Source: Amphiscolops sp. MND2022 (taxonomy: Eukaryota). From it: a stretch of DNA of 64,000 bases. The notes below the pieces were generated by a model that searched no databases, was not told the origin of the DNA, and worked only from the letters and a program-made list of their open reading frames with translations. Below, piece by piece: positions 23,701 through 35,520 of the stretch (the first letter of the stretch is position 1; the number at the start of each line of letters is the position of its first letter). The position numbers were made by a program, and so were the translations under genes. The DNA lies in assembly GCA_964187785.1 (NCBI GenBank), contig OZ076409.1:59768001-59832000 (forward strand), in the 5' to 3' direction.

Positions 23701-24883
23701 GACATTAGTTTTGTTTTCAGTCGTGACCAGCTTCTCAGTGAGCCTGCAATATCGCCGTGATTCGTCCTTCTATCTATGCGGGGAGGTCAGCCATTTCCTC
23801 AGCCTGCTTTGCTCTCGGATCTACACCCCAGACACTGCCCCTGTAGCTAATGCCTGGTTTCTCCTCTTCCGTTTCCAGACAAGCGAGGGCACTTTCCTAC
23901 CCGGGGATGAGTACCTGATCCGGCTGAAAATGACCAACAAGGTGTCAACGGCGTGCAAGGCAAGGGCCGAGGGTATCCATTTCGGCCAGAAGACTGAACG
24001 GGCTGCCATCTTAGCTACCGCTAAGACAGTGAAAGCTGACTTCGTCAAGGACAGCCAACAGTACATCCAGTTCTTGATTAATGGAATTCTCCAGAGGACT
24101 GGGCTCAGCACCAATCTCGTGAAGGGACTGACAGCCTTCGACCCCTACATCATGCTAAAAAGGCCAATGGATGTGGCTCTGCGGCACTTTGACGTGCTTT
24201 ACAATACCTTCGCGCTACGATCCTGGGTCGATGATTCAAACGAGTCTCTATGACGAGACCAACATATTCAGCTACTAGACCACCTCCGTACTTCCTACGG
24301 TTCCAGCTTTGGCATCACTAGTGTGGCAGCCGATCTGATCGCGTTCCTGATGGGGCTCGAGTTTCTCCACGAGCGTTCTCATCTTTTGTACCTTTTTAAG
24401 TTGAGTTGTTTGTGTACAACCGTTACCAGCTCCAGTTATCCAGATGTCGTCTTTGGAGATGTCACCACTGCCGGAGGGCAAAACTGATTCACTGACTTGG
24501 TTTTACCTTGTCAGAATTACATGGCTAATGTTGCTGGTTCCGTCATTCGAAGCAGTGAAGATTCCAACCTTGCCAAGTTTTCTGCCCTCGCTGCATCTTT
24601 TGGACGCGCTGCCTTCTCCCCAGAGTACGACCCTCGGGCTTACACGGACACTTTTGGCCGTTCAAAGATATATAAGTCCCTCTTAGCCACCCATCGTAAA
24701 GCCGATTCAGCTCCGAAAAGGGCCTCAGCGCAAGGTGATTGGGAGGGAAGTAGTACTGTGGGTGACCAATCTGCTGTGAGGTACCCTAGCAGCAAAAAGC
24801 GAAAGAGGGATAGGAGCGGTTCGCGATCGTCCACATCTTCTGTTGCTGGAAGTCCCAGTAAAGATTCCTCCACTAAGTCCTGA
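20716..24883 (+). pseudogene. Spliced antisense accessory gene of element 2 (disrupted). Exons 20716-22668, 22739-23224, 23323-23651, 23721-24883
   Basis: Colinear with 3088-7438: MDxFxGS...FISFRL start, WCHICKKNFSI..G..EILRHH...RH finger, FKLSCLC, FG..A...YDP...D.FGR. Several premature stops and frameshifts. Confidence 0.8.
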
Positions 24884-25127
24884 TTTTGTACATATGTATT
24901 TATGTACTTACAAACTGTAATCTTTGTTTACTTTCTGTTTTGTTGTTTTATTTATTCTCGTTTTGCTTTCTTGATTCCCTGATCCCATATTTGTCTTCTT
25001 TGTAAGGGATCGCCTTTAAGTCCCATTATTTGTTCAGAAAATACTGTCTTCCATGGGACTGGAAAAAAAGATAAAAGAAAAGGAGAATCCGATTCAGGGC
25101 TTGTCTCCTGAACTGAATTCAGTCTTT

Positions 25128-28100
25128 CTAGTATCTAAAGTCTATTGAGTAGTTTGGGTTAGGATTAGGCCTGAGATTATATTTCCCTCCTCTAGGGCTC
25201 AGACTTTCATTTCTGCCATCATTTTCAGATATTTCGGGCACGGTAATATCATTTCCCCTGTTTGGAGAATTTTGCGCATCGTTTTTATTCGTCGATTTTC
25301 TTTTTGAAAGTTTTCCATCATTTTTCAGTTTTTCGTCCGTATTCGGCAAAAGTTTTTCTGGGTTTTCTGGGTAAACGGCCGGATTCGGCCAATCAGATTC
25401 TTCATTGCGTCATTCTCGCCTACGTCACCATGACTCGGTTCTGCCGCATTCGGCTGTTCACCATTCGGCAAGCTAGTCGGAATAGGATCGTGTCCTCGTG
25501 TTACGAGCTGCTCGCCAAAGTCTGTTTCCCACGTTATGATATATAAGTCGTCTTGCGGAATGACGATCTCTTCATCAGGCTGTAACCACTGTTCTCGGAA
25601 ATTGTCCTCAAGCGGTTGGTTAGGGACAAACTTTTTAAGGCGAATCCGATGCAATATTTGAGTCTTGTTTGTATTGATTCGTCGTACAATATAATTCTCG
25701 TTAGGTAAAACTTTTTGGACTATAAATGGTCCGACCCACCTATAATCACGGAATGGAATTTTTGATCCTTGATGATCCGCTTTCGGCTGTAATACAAAGC
25801 AGTAGTCATTCTCCTTTAGTGGTGCGGCTTTTGCCTTGCGGTCATAGTAATCTTTGTACTTGATATATGACTGCATAATGTTTTGCTTTGTTTTGTCAAT
25901 CAAGATTTTTGTCCGGTTTTGTATTTCTTCAGCAAATTCGGTTGTTGGGTTGACCTGCTCGTTTGGATTATTTCCAAGCTTGTGATCCAGGATATTATAT
26001 GGAATTCTTCCATGAAATCCTCTCGTCGGTTCACAACCGATGCTGGCATGGTAACTAGTGTTGTGGTTTAGTTAGTGACAAGTATTTGTGCCATTGTCGG
26101 CGGTAATCTCCACATGCCATTATGAGATTTGTTTTCAGCGAGGCATGGGTCCGCTCCTATTTCCCAATTGTTTGCGGATGTTTTGTTGTTGCACATTTGA
26201 GTGTTATGCCCAAAATTTGCGTCATCTCCGCAATGATTGTAGAAGTAAATGCAATACCTTTGTCCGTAATAAGCGTTGTCGGTAAGTATGCATGCTTGGT
26301 CATAATGTCAATGAGCGCTTTTGCTACGTTGATCGCCGATGCGTCCGTAAGAGGATAGGCGAACAAATATCTGGAAAATACGTCAATCGCTGTTAGGACA
26401 ATTTCAAATCCTCCACTTGGGGGAAGATTCGGCAATAGGTCAATTTGCATGGCGTCTTCAGGTCCAAGGTCCCATTCGGGCAAGTTGAGCAGCTCAGGCG
26501 TAATTGTTGCGTTAGGGACTCGCTTGTCTTTTGCGCATTCTTCACACCCCTCTACCCATTTTTTGACGTGTTTAGCCATGTGAGGGTAGTAATACCTTTG
26601 TCGGTTTCCTGCAACATTTTTGAGATACCAGGATGTTTATGTGCCGTTCCGTGAAGAGACTGAAGTAATTCCTGGAGTAAGTGTTGCGGGAGCAGAATTT
26701 GATGGTATTTAACGTTCCCTGTTTCATCAAAGTTTTGCCTTGTCAGGATTTCGTCCTTTAGTACAATTCGTTCCCGATTGTTTGCATAGTGCCTGTATCG
26801 AGCATCCTGATGCAGTAGATTTTCTGAATACTCTTCATGAAGCAGTTTTGCTTTCAATTGTTGTAGTACCGCATCTTTGGATTGCTCGATAATGATCTGG
26901 TTCGTCTTCCTCAATCGGACTTGTATATCAGGGTGTTGTTTGGCCAGATTTGTTGATAGAGTTTGTATTGTAACCGTGGGCTCATGAATAGCTGGATTTT
27001 TCCTGATTGTTTATTTCCTTGCCCAGTATTGTTCGTCTGTCTCATCATCGTCATTAGTGTAGAAGATTTGTTATTCCTGTGACACCCCTGCTGATTGGAC
27101 ATTTATTTCGATTGGTAACGTTTGTACATCTTCGCGGATCTTCATGACTAGTTTGTCTTGCGGGTCTGCTTCCAGACGGGACAAATAGTTGGCGGCTGTA
27201 TTTTGTGCTCCTGGGATGTGCGCTATGACAAAATTGAACTGAATCACATAATCACACGCGTTCCACAGTGCTGGAGGTTTTATTTTCGTTTGAGAAAATC
27301 GCGTGACAGCTTTGTTATCTGTAAGCATAATCACCGGTTTCGGCGCACCCCAGAAGATATGTCCAATTTCCTTGAATGCAAAATAAATTGCAAGGAATTC
27401 TTTGGCGTAAATTGACATTTTGATCTGTGCTGGGGTGAAGGTTTTTGATCCATATGCTACAAGGGCATATGACTTTCTGAGTGACGTAAATTTCTGATTT
27501 GGGTCATCATCGATTAGGACTGCATATCCGGCTGCACCAAAACTGGCGTCAGTCATTAATGCGATTTGCTTGTTCGGAATGGGTTGCTGTAGGGCCAAGT
27601 CGCAACATTTGTCTAGTGCTCTATTGATTTCTTCGAATTGCTGGACTAATTCTTTCGATACTAGGACCTTTTCGTCACTTTTCAGCATCTTGTAAAATGG
27701 AGCAAGGCGTTCGGAAAATCTTGGGACATAATTCCTGTAGTAGTTTAGGAATCCCAAATAGCGTTGTAAAGCCTTTTTCGACTTCGGGAATTTGGTCTTT
27801 TCCAGAAAGTTTTGCACATTCTGTTTCTGGGGCTTGACGCCTTGTGGGGTATTAGTCCGTCCGAGAAAATCAATTTCTTTTGCACCAAAGTGACATTTAT
27901 GCATTGTCAACTTAAGGCCTGCTTCCTGAATGCATTTGAACGTTGCTCTCAGGTTAGCTATGAGGTGGTCAGCGCCGTTGGCTGCGATGCCGATGTCGTC
28001 CACATACTGGGCACATTGGTCCGCTTTGATGACTTTGTCAAGGTATTCCCTCATAAAGCTCGAAAATGCGGACAGAGCTTGGCTAAGACCTTGTGCCAAA

Positions 28101-30257
28101 CGTCTGTATGCAAATGTGCGACTGACGAAGTTAAAGGCCATTATTTCAATCGATCGTTGGTCAGCCATCGGTAAGCAATGGTATGCCTGCGAGCAGTCTA
28201 ATTTACAGAACAGTTTTTTGCCTGCCAAGTGTTGGGCGGCGTCGACTAAAGTACTTACGGGGTGATTATTGTTTATGTAATCATCAGATATGAGGTTGTT
28301 GATTTTTCTCAAGTCAACCAAGAGTCTGAGTTTTCCGTTCGGTTTCTTTTGTGCGAATATTGGACTCGCATATTTCCACGGTAGGGAAACGGTAGGGAAA
28401 CCACGAAACCATATTCGAGAACGGTAGGGTGGTGATGATGCCATATTTGTGTAACATGGCCAGTTCGACTAAGTTGTCCTCCTTCAGGTTGATAGGGGCT
28501 GGGAGGCTCTGGCTATAGGCTGGGGAATCGTCCTTAGGTGTCAATTTCACCTTGAATTCCTCGTTCATGCCTATGTCAAATCTGTGTCGTGCGAATATAT
28601 CATGGAATTCCACTAGCAATTCCTCAATTTTCTCCCTTTCTTCAGGAGTAAGGGTGGAATCTTTCCAATCAAAGTTTTCTAGGAATTTTGCACGAGATTC
28701 TTCATCTTTGGTGGGGTCGAGTGTCTCCAGGTCCTGTAAGGCCTGTAGTTCTCGTAGGATTCTTTTCTGGATGGGTGTGTGTTCCTCAGGGTTTCCAGGG
28801 TTTTCTGTGGTTGGGAACCAGTAATTTTCGGAATTTTGAGGATTTCTGTTCGTCTTGATGAGGCTGCTGACATAATGGGCTGCCTGCTCTTGGTCCTTTT
28901 GCAAAAGGTGCCAGGTTGAAGCCGGGTCTACCGGTTTGACATATTTCATCTGTTCTGGCGTCATGACTGAGAAATTGGCAAAATGAAGTCCTTTTTTAAG
29001 TTTATAAGGGTGGTCTGTGAAATTGTTCACAGGTATGGATATACTGCCATCATTTAGAGTGACCAAGGCTGGGCAAAATGTGATGTCGCCTTCTTCATGT
29101 AGAAGGTCGCTCGGTTGCAAAATCCCAGCAACGGCATTCTCAGGATACAAGGAGGAATTGGTCCTAATTAGGGACTCTGTCATTTGGCGGAATTGTTATT
29201 TCAGTGGGGTTGAGAATCGGTTCTAGTACGTTGGAATATTTGTGGTCAGCTGTTTTAAGCTGCATTGAAAAGAACGGGAAATTTAGGATTCCTTGTCTCA
29301 TGTCCAAAACTGTATGATTTTTCTGAAGGAACATTAGTCCAATGATCGGTCCTGTCAAATGTCCCATTACTATGAAGATTTCATGGAACTCAATGTCACC
29401 AACTTCGAATTTGAGCTCTATGGTACTCTTGGGAGTTTCCAGTTGCCCATTAGCGACCATGATTTGGAAGTTCGGAGGCGGACCTTCTCGGATAACAGAT
29501 TGTGGAGATAGAAGACGGATTTTCCGGAGGTCCATTTCAGGGATTGCACTGGAGAGAGCCCCAGTGTGTATGAGTCCATCAATGGTCAGTTCCCAAAAGT
29601 CCATTGGGAAATAAAGCATGCGTTTCTTGCATTTGAGGTTAATGTTGGTTGACAGAGGTATACAGTCTGGCTCACCGTCTTTGGTTATGAGTACATTCTG
29701 GAATTGTTTCTCGTCTAATAGTGATTGTGGTATGGATTCGGCAGTAGTTTCAGGATTCTCGGTCCCCAAGGGGTTTGGGAACACTGGGTGGTTTGTACCA
29801 TCGTTCATTTGCCAGTTTTCAATTAGTGCTCGTGTTTTCTTGTTGTGGGTAATTGGAGGGTTCTCGTGGACTTGTTGTAGTGTTCAATGTCGTCTAGAAC
29901 ATACTGAAATTGCAATAGGTCCTGATTATAAATTTCAGTGTCCCAATAGGGATCTCTGCCATAGTCTGGGTTGATGTATGTTGGGTTGTAATCATCGATC
30001 AGGGGAATGGGCCTGAACCGGGTTGTAAAGGTAGTTGTATAATCAGGATCCCAAACAGGAATTGGTTTCTGGAACAAATGGGTGTTATTGTAGGTGATGA
30101 TGGTGGCTTTTTCCATCTGCTGCTGCCAGACAAAAGAAGGATAGCCCATCAATTGCTGATTGTATTGATGAAAGGTTTGCGTTGGAGGTTCCGATCTGAT
30201 GTATTGTCGGACAGATATTAGTTCGTTGTATTGGAGTCGTGGCGAAGTTAGTTTTTT
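25128..30257 (-). pseudogene. pol: pol of element 2 (protease, RT, RNase H, integrase), multiply disrupted
   Basis: Protease LIHTGA (Asp>His at 29566-29568), RT QYVDD, RNase H TDAS, integrase HHCC + DDE with a nonsense codon at GK*ERTH, WVGPF motif. Confidence 0.95.
30251..30257 (-). promoter_or_regulatory. -1 ribosomal frameshift slippery heptamer A AAA AAC at the gag/pol junction
   Basis: tcA AAA AAC TAA directly before the gag stop; the -1 frame opens here and continues toward the protease region. Confidence 0.7.
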
Positions 30258-31358
30258 GACTCATCATTGGAAGATGAGGATTGGGAGCTTGATGATGTTT
30301 GCTTGTTCTGAGGTTTCTGAGCCTTTGGGTTGGGCTTATTGTCAGTTGAGTCTTCGGGCCTAGTGCGTTTGGGTTTAAGATGTGCACCGGCACCTTGCCA
30401 ACATCTTTCCTCCGGGTGGTTCTTTTTGCCACAAGTGCCACACTCCGGATATGTTTTCTTCTGAGTCGACTTGCCCTGTTGGGCATCTCTCTCTTTTTTT
30501 TTCAATTTTTCGCAGTCCTTGACCATGTGGCCTTTTTCCTTGCAGTAATTGCAAGTGATGTCTGACATTTGCGCAGTGGACAGAGGAGTTTTAGGCTTGG
30601 CAGATGAGGAAGTCATTGTCGCCATTGGTAGGTCGTCGGACTCCTCGAGTGCGATAAGCTCCAATTCTCTCTCCAAATGAGCAACTATCTCATCGTATGA
30701 GCCATTTTCTAATCTGGCCATGTTGACGGACCGCTTCAGTTTTGGTGGCAGTTTTGCGTGAAGCAAGCTGTCAATCATTTTCTGCGCATGGTCTCCAAAC
30801 GCTTTCTCTGCCCCTTGATTCAATTCTTCAAGGAAATCAGGCAGTTTCATCGTATTGGGAACAAAGACCAGACGGTGCCTTTTATGTTTGGCAGTCGCCT
30901 GTGATTCGGGTTTGACGTATTTTTGTCTGAAAACAACTAGTACGTCTTCGAGGGTTTGTCGATTTGTCGAATTGATATTCCTGAATGTCTGGAGAGCATT
31001 TTCCTCAACAATGAATGAAAATGATTAATTTTCATTTGCTCGGTCGTTTCTGGCTGCATCTTGATCATAGTGTGAAAGAGATCTTCGAACAGCTCAAATT
31101 TCTCACTTTTGCCGTCGAACGTCATGGTATTGGAGTTGACTGGGCGTATTGTGAGTTGTTGAGCTGTAGGTCTATTCTGCATCGTAGTCAAGACGTCGGC
31201 CAATCTGGTAATGGGGTCAGGATCTGCAGCTGTAGCGATTCTCTCATGCGCTGGGCTCGTCGTGTCAAGGTTGATGTCCTCATAGGACTGATTGAGATGA
31301 GTTCTTGATGGGATACGTCCTGTGAGAAACTCAAAAACTGGATTTGGAGATTCGTTGT

Positions 31359-31370
31359 CTCCTGTCACCA
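31359..31370 (-). promoter_or_regulatory. Primer-binding site TGGTGACAGGAG
   Basis: Starts with TGG immediately after the LTR terminal CA. Confidence 0.75.
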
Positions 31371-33235
31371 TGTCATGAACATTTAGGTCAGGAAAATCAT
31401 TGTTTAACTGATTCTCATTTTGTTCGTTTCTCAAGTTGTTCTTTGCGTTTAGGTTTCGTTGAACTTCGGAATTTAGTTCCGGTCTCTCGGACAGAACGTC
31501 CCATCCCTTTCTGGTCCCGTGTCCCGATCCGGCCATAATAACATTTTGGATCTGAGGAAGCACCTGAGTGCTTATTGCATCGCTTATGGCCCTTTGTATC
31601 TGGTCACTCACAGAATTCATCATCTCATCCATTTCTCGTGAAATGCGTGAATTTAATTTGCTTGACAACCTGTTTATTTCAGCGCTAGAGTTGCCAGTAA
31701 CTGAATTGCGATCACACTCGGTATTTGTCCTAGAGTTAATATTTCTCTGGGTTTCACCCATGTTCCCATCCTCATTTTCGGACTCGTTGCTTGCAAAGCT
31801 CCTAGATCTCCTGGGCAAATTACTATTCAAACTGCCTTCCCTTTCTCTACTGTTAAAATGGTTTTCACCTAACATGATATCTAAATTCTCGATATCAGAT
31901 AACATTTCAAGTCCTCTTGACTTCCTTGCCTTTTTCTGTTTTCTAGTGGTTGGCATTGAAACAGTTCCGAATTAAATAAAAAATTAAACAACTCGGAAAA
32001 ACAACAGCGGAGCCGTTTGTAATTCAATCTTTACTAGTAGCGTCTCAAATGAATTGTGTCCCACTCAGGCCAAGTATCAGTATATATACTCATGAGGGGA
32101 TGACATTCACATACTTTACATACTTCTAGTTAAGATTAGTATTTTGAGGAAGGTAAGGTACAACGTTTCGAAAGATATTTAAGTTATCAAATACCTCCAG
32201 TTACATATTTTACATATCATTGAATAGCATCAGAGCGCATATTCCAACAAAATCCCAATTGGGTGAATTCCTAACATATACATGTATGTCATAACTGTAA
32301 CATCAAACACTCAACATTTTGGTCGGCAAACATACCGGTACTTAAAAACAACATGTTCATGGAAATATTATAATTTCATTGTCAACAAATATCATCACGT
32401 GTTGATGGAATGCGAAACACGCACCATTGGTCTGTCATACTGTCACGTGCCGCCATGCGACTGTTAATCCGCACAGGGGGAGGCAAGATCGAATAATGCA
32501 TGTTCGGTTATCACGCTATTGAAACAAAGTGTCTTCTAGTAAGGCCGAAATTGGCCAAATCCAAGTTAATAGTATAGCATCAAAGGAAGAGGGGTAAAAT
32601 GCCTTATTCGGCTTTTGATTAATACCTGGTTTATTAAAACCACAAAGATTACCACAAGTGTTATTTAGCACTGAGTACACGTCCAGAGAGATTCCTGATT
32701 AACTTAATTAGCCATAAGTACAAATAATTCAGCGTTGATGTATTTCACCAAGACGGCCGGAACCGGCTGTTTGACCAAGGCATAGAATGAAGTGCATTTA
32801 TTCAGTCAATTGGCCTTACTCGGCCATTAACATATCAGAGTTGCATTGAATTTGTAAATTGGAGCGTTGTGATTGGCCAGGACAGCGAGCTCAAGTGACG
32901 CTTTTGGATTAGCACTGTGCATCACTTGAACTCGTTTCCTATACCACTTTACAGTTGCTTGTATTTACGTATCTTTCAATCTGATAATTCACATTCTAAC
33001 TGCACTTCAATACATATTTCCAAATCGTATAATTTTAACAGACTAATATGTATACGTGTATAGATGAGAAAACTTAACAACGTCAATAAATGCAACATAT
33101 CCAAAACAACAAAGCAGTGTAAAAGTTTGTTTAGTTGTTCTTTTGACTAATAAATCGGAAGCGTGCCGGAAGCTGTCTCTTGTCCTTGCGTAGTCGTCGT
33201 GATCCTAGTGCCGTCACAGGCGGCAGCCTGCGACA
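31371..33235 (-). repeat. 5' LTR of element 2 (1,865 bp)
   Basis: TGTCG...TGACA termini; direct repeat of 17096-18975. Confidence 0.96.
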
Positions 33236-34835
33236 GTTTTAGTTTGATAGAAATTAAGTAACACGTTTCTGAACGAACGCAAGATTCTTGGCAATTTGTC
33301 AAGAGAACGGAGAAAATCTTCCAAAAAAGGAAAACACTCAGTTTTTTTACCCGGGTAGTTTACCATAATCTCCCATAGTCAAAACTGTTGCATTTTTTTA
33401 AATGTTGTAAGCCTGCATACAAGATAATTTCCTACAGAGCCTAAAAATTTAACGACCTTCCACTGTAAAATTTTGAAGAACTACACTGCAGTTTCCACTA
33501 TTGCTATAGAAAACATCAGATTTTTGTTTTCGATAGCGACACGATCACAATGTTTTTACACTTTTATTTTCAACTGCTCATGTGATCTAATCTCCACTTC
33601 TTAGATAGCACAGCGAAGTTGTTTTCCGTTTATATGGTGACCAAAGTTACAAGAGGGCGGTAATTTGATGCCGTCTCAGCTGCATGGGAAGATAAAACTG
33701 AAGCATTTCAAAAGCTCCAAAAGCTTAACCGTGTCGGCCAGTTTTTGAATGAGGCTTTCTAGCCACTTGAAGTAAGTTTTAAAAACTGGGAATCAATTAA
33801 GGGGTTGGTTGCGTTTTTTGAGTTGACGACAAAAGTGGTTCGCATTCCTAATAACTTGTGAAAAAATTGAACAAGTTCAGCTATGACTTTCGTTTCTACA
33901 CAAAAAGTGGTATTCATGAGTCACCATAAACGAAAATCGATTGCGATGATACTAAAAAGCAATGATATGTTTTAGGAGACAACTGTTTGGTCTATTAACG
34001 ATAAGGTGCGCAAACGCGTTTGAAGAAATAACTTTCAAAGCGAGTTGGAATTAAAGACTACAGAAATTCCAAAAAAGGTCTTGTCAGGAAATAATTCTAA
34101 CAGAACAAGTCGACTGAAACTTCTGTTGAATAAACCGGCCCCTCCCTCCTTCCAGGCGCTTTGAACAACTGCAGGTCGGCCTTCGTCAAAACAAACCGCT
34201 AGGTCAACTCCGCTTCGCTTCACTTATACGTTTTGGCGACTAGTGGTATGTGACCGTGGCAGATCATATTTGCCTTCTTTGGACTGTCAACTTTTCTGGA
34301 CGCTTTTACTCCGAACATTTCTGACCAAAGACGCAAAAAACAAACAGCATGTTGAGCAATTTTCGTCAACTTCCAATGAAATTCGAGACAATTAAATAGA
34401 CTTCGGAAATGAAAAACCGTCAACTTCCAAAGTTATATTCAGAAAAGTAGTTTTCTTAGTGGAATACGTTTATAGAGTTTATATTGATGGATAGGTTTGA
34501 AAACTCACCCGACAAGTTTCACATTAATCTTCATTTTTGACATGGGTTTTTATTCTTGATTCTCATGTCATAAACGCTAAGTATAAAGACAGAAGGTTAC
34601 ATTTGATTTCATACCATACATGGAACCATATGGCTTTATACTAAGCAACATGGAATCGTACGGAAGCGAAATATGACTCATGTACGTCGTATTGTGTCTT
34701 ATTGTCTTTAATTACTAGCGCGATCAATTGTCGACCAATTAGTTGATCACATTTACGACCTAAAAATCATCTTTCAACGACAAAAAAGAGAACCAACCAA
34801 TGGATTCAAGTAGCTGCTTTCTTGAAGTTGCTAAC

Positions 34836-34959
34836 CTCGTTGTTGCGGAACCAGATGACAGTATCCGGTACTGGAAGAGAGAAAGTGCATTCCAAATTCA
34901 CGGGGGTGTTTGACAGCACATTGACGTCACACAGAGGTTGTACTATTTCAGGGGGGTAC
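34836..34959 (-). CDS. Host gene exon: first half of an I-set Ig domain
   Basis: YPPEIVQPLCDV.V....V.LEC...P.P..V.WF pattern; CCAG acceptor and GTTAG donor. Confidence 0.85.
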
Positions 34960-35520
34960 CTGGTAAAATTTATCCAACGATGGTAAAGTTCAGAATTTAA
35001 CAGACCAAAAAAAATATATTTTGGGCTTGTAGAAACGCACGTTAAATCCGGTCTTTTCGCTTTGAAAAAGAAAGACCGATCAGATGTTTCTTGAACCCGG
35101 TCAAAAACAATTGCTTTATTCAATTTTTATGCGGACGTGTCTGGGTTTGAATTTCCATGCAAAACAATCGCAATGGTACTATGTATCATTCATCACATGG
35201 TTTGATCTAATGTTTTATATTATTCGACAAAATTAAAAGTTAAAAAGTGGCAAAGAGAGGAGAAACAATCAGAAAAATTTCAAAATCAAAGTTTTATAAC
35301 CTGGTTTGGTAATTTCAATGTATGGGCCAGAAGTTCGATCGAAAACGACACAAAGTTTCTACAATGTTTTCACATCAAGAGTTTAAAAGTAGCTGGTAAA
35401 ATTAGTAAGAAGTTGCCATGAAATGATAAAAAAGTTGAAAGAATTTCTGCCAAGTGTTCACGCCAACACTGATCGGAGTAATTCATCAGAAGTTTATTTT
35501 TTGTGATAGCGTAGACTAAC

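Larger units (their letters stand above)
30248..31956 (-). pseudogene. gag: gag of element 2 (1-bp frameshift near 31001), two CCHC zinc knuckles
   Basis: CNYCKEKGHMVKDC and CGTCGKKNHPEERC (CX2CX4HX4C). Upstream of pol; ATG lies inside the 5' LTR. Confidence 0.9.
17096..33235 (-). mobile_element. Complete Ty3/Gypsy LTR retrotransposon, element 2 (16,140 bp), defective
   Basis: Direct LTRs 31371-33235 and 17096-18975; 5-bp TSD GTTTT at 17091-17095 and 33236-33240; TG...CA ends; PBS; gag-pol. Confidence 0.97.

Noticed and set aside
1-33235. Elements 1 and 2 as inverted arms of a single giant element or a recent duplication
   Set aside because: Their LTR interiors and proteins are clearly diverged, and element 2 has its own LTR pair and TSD.
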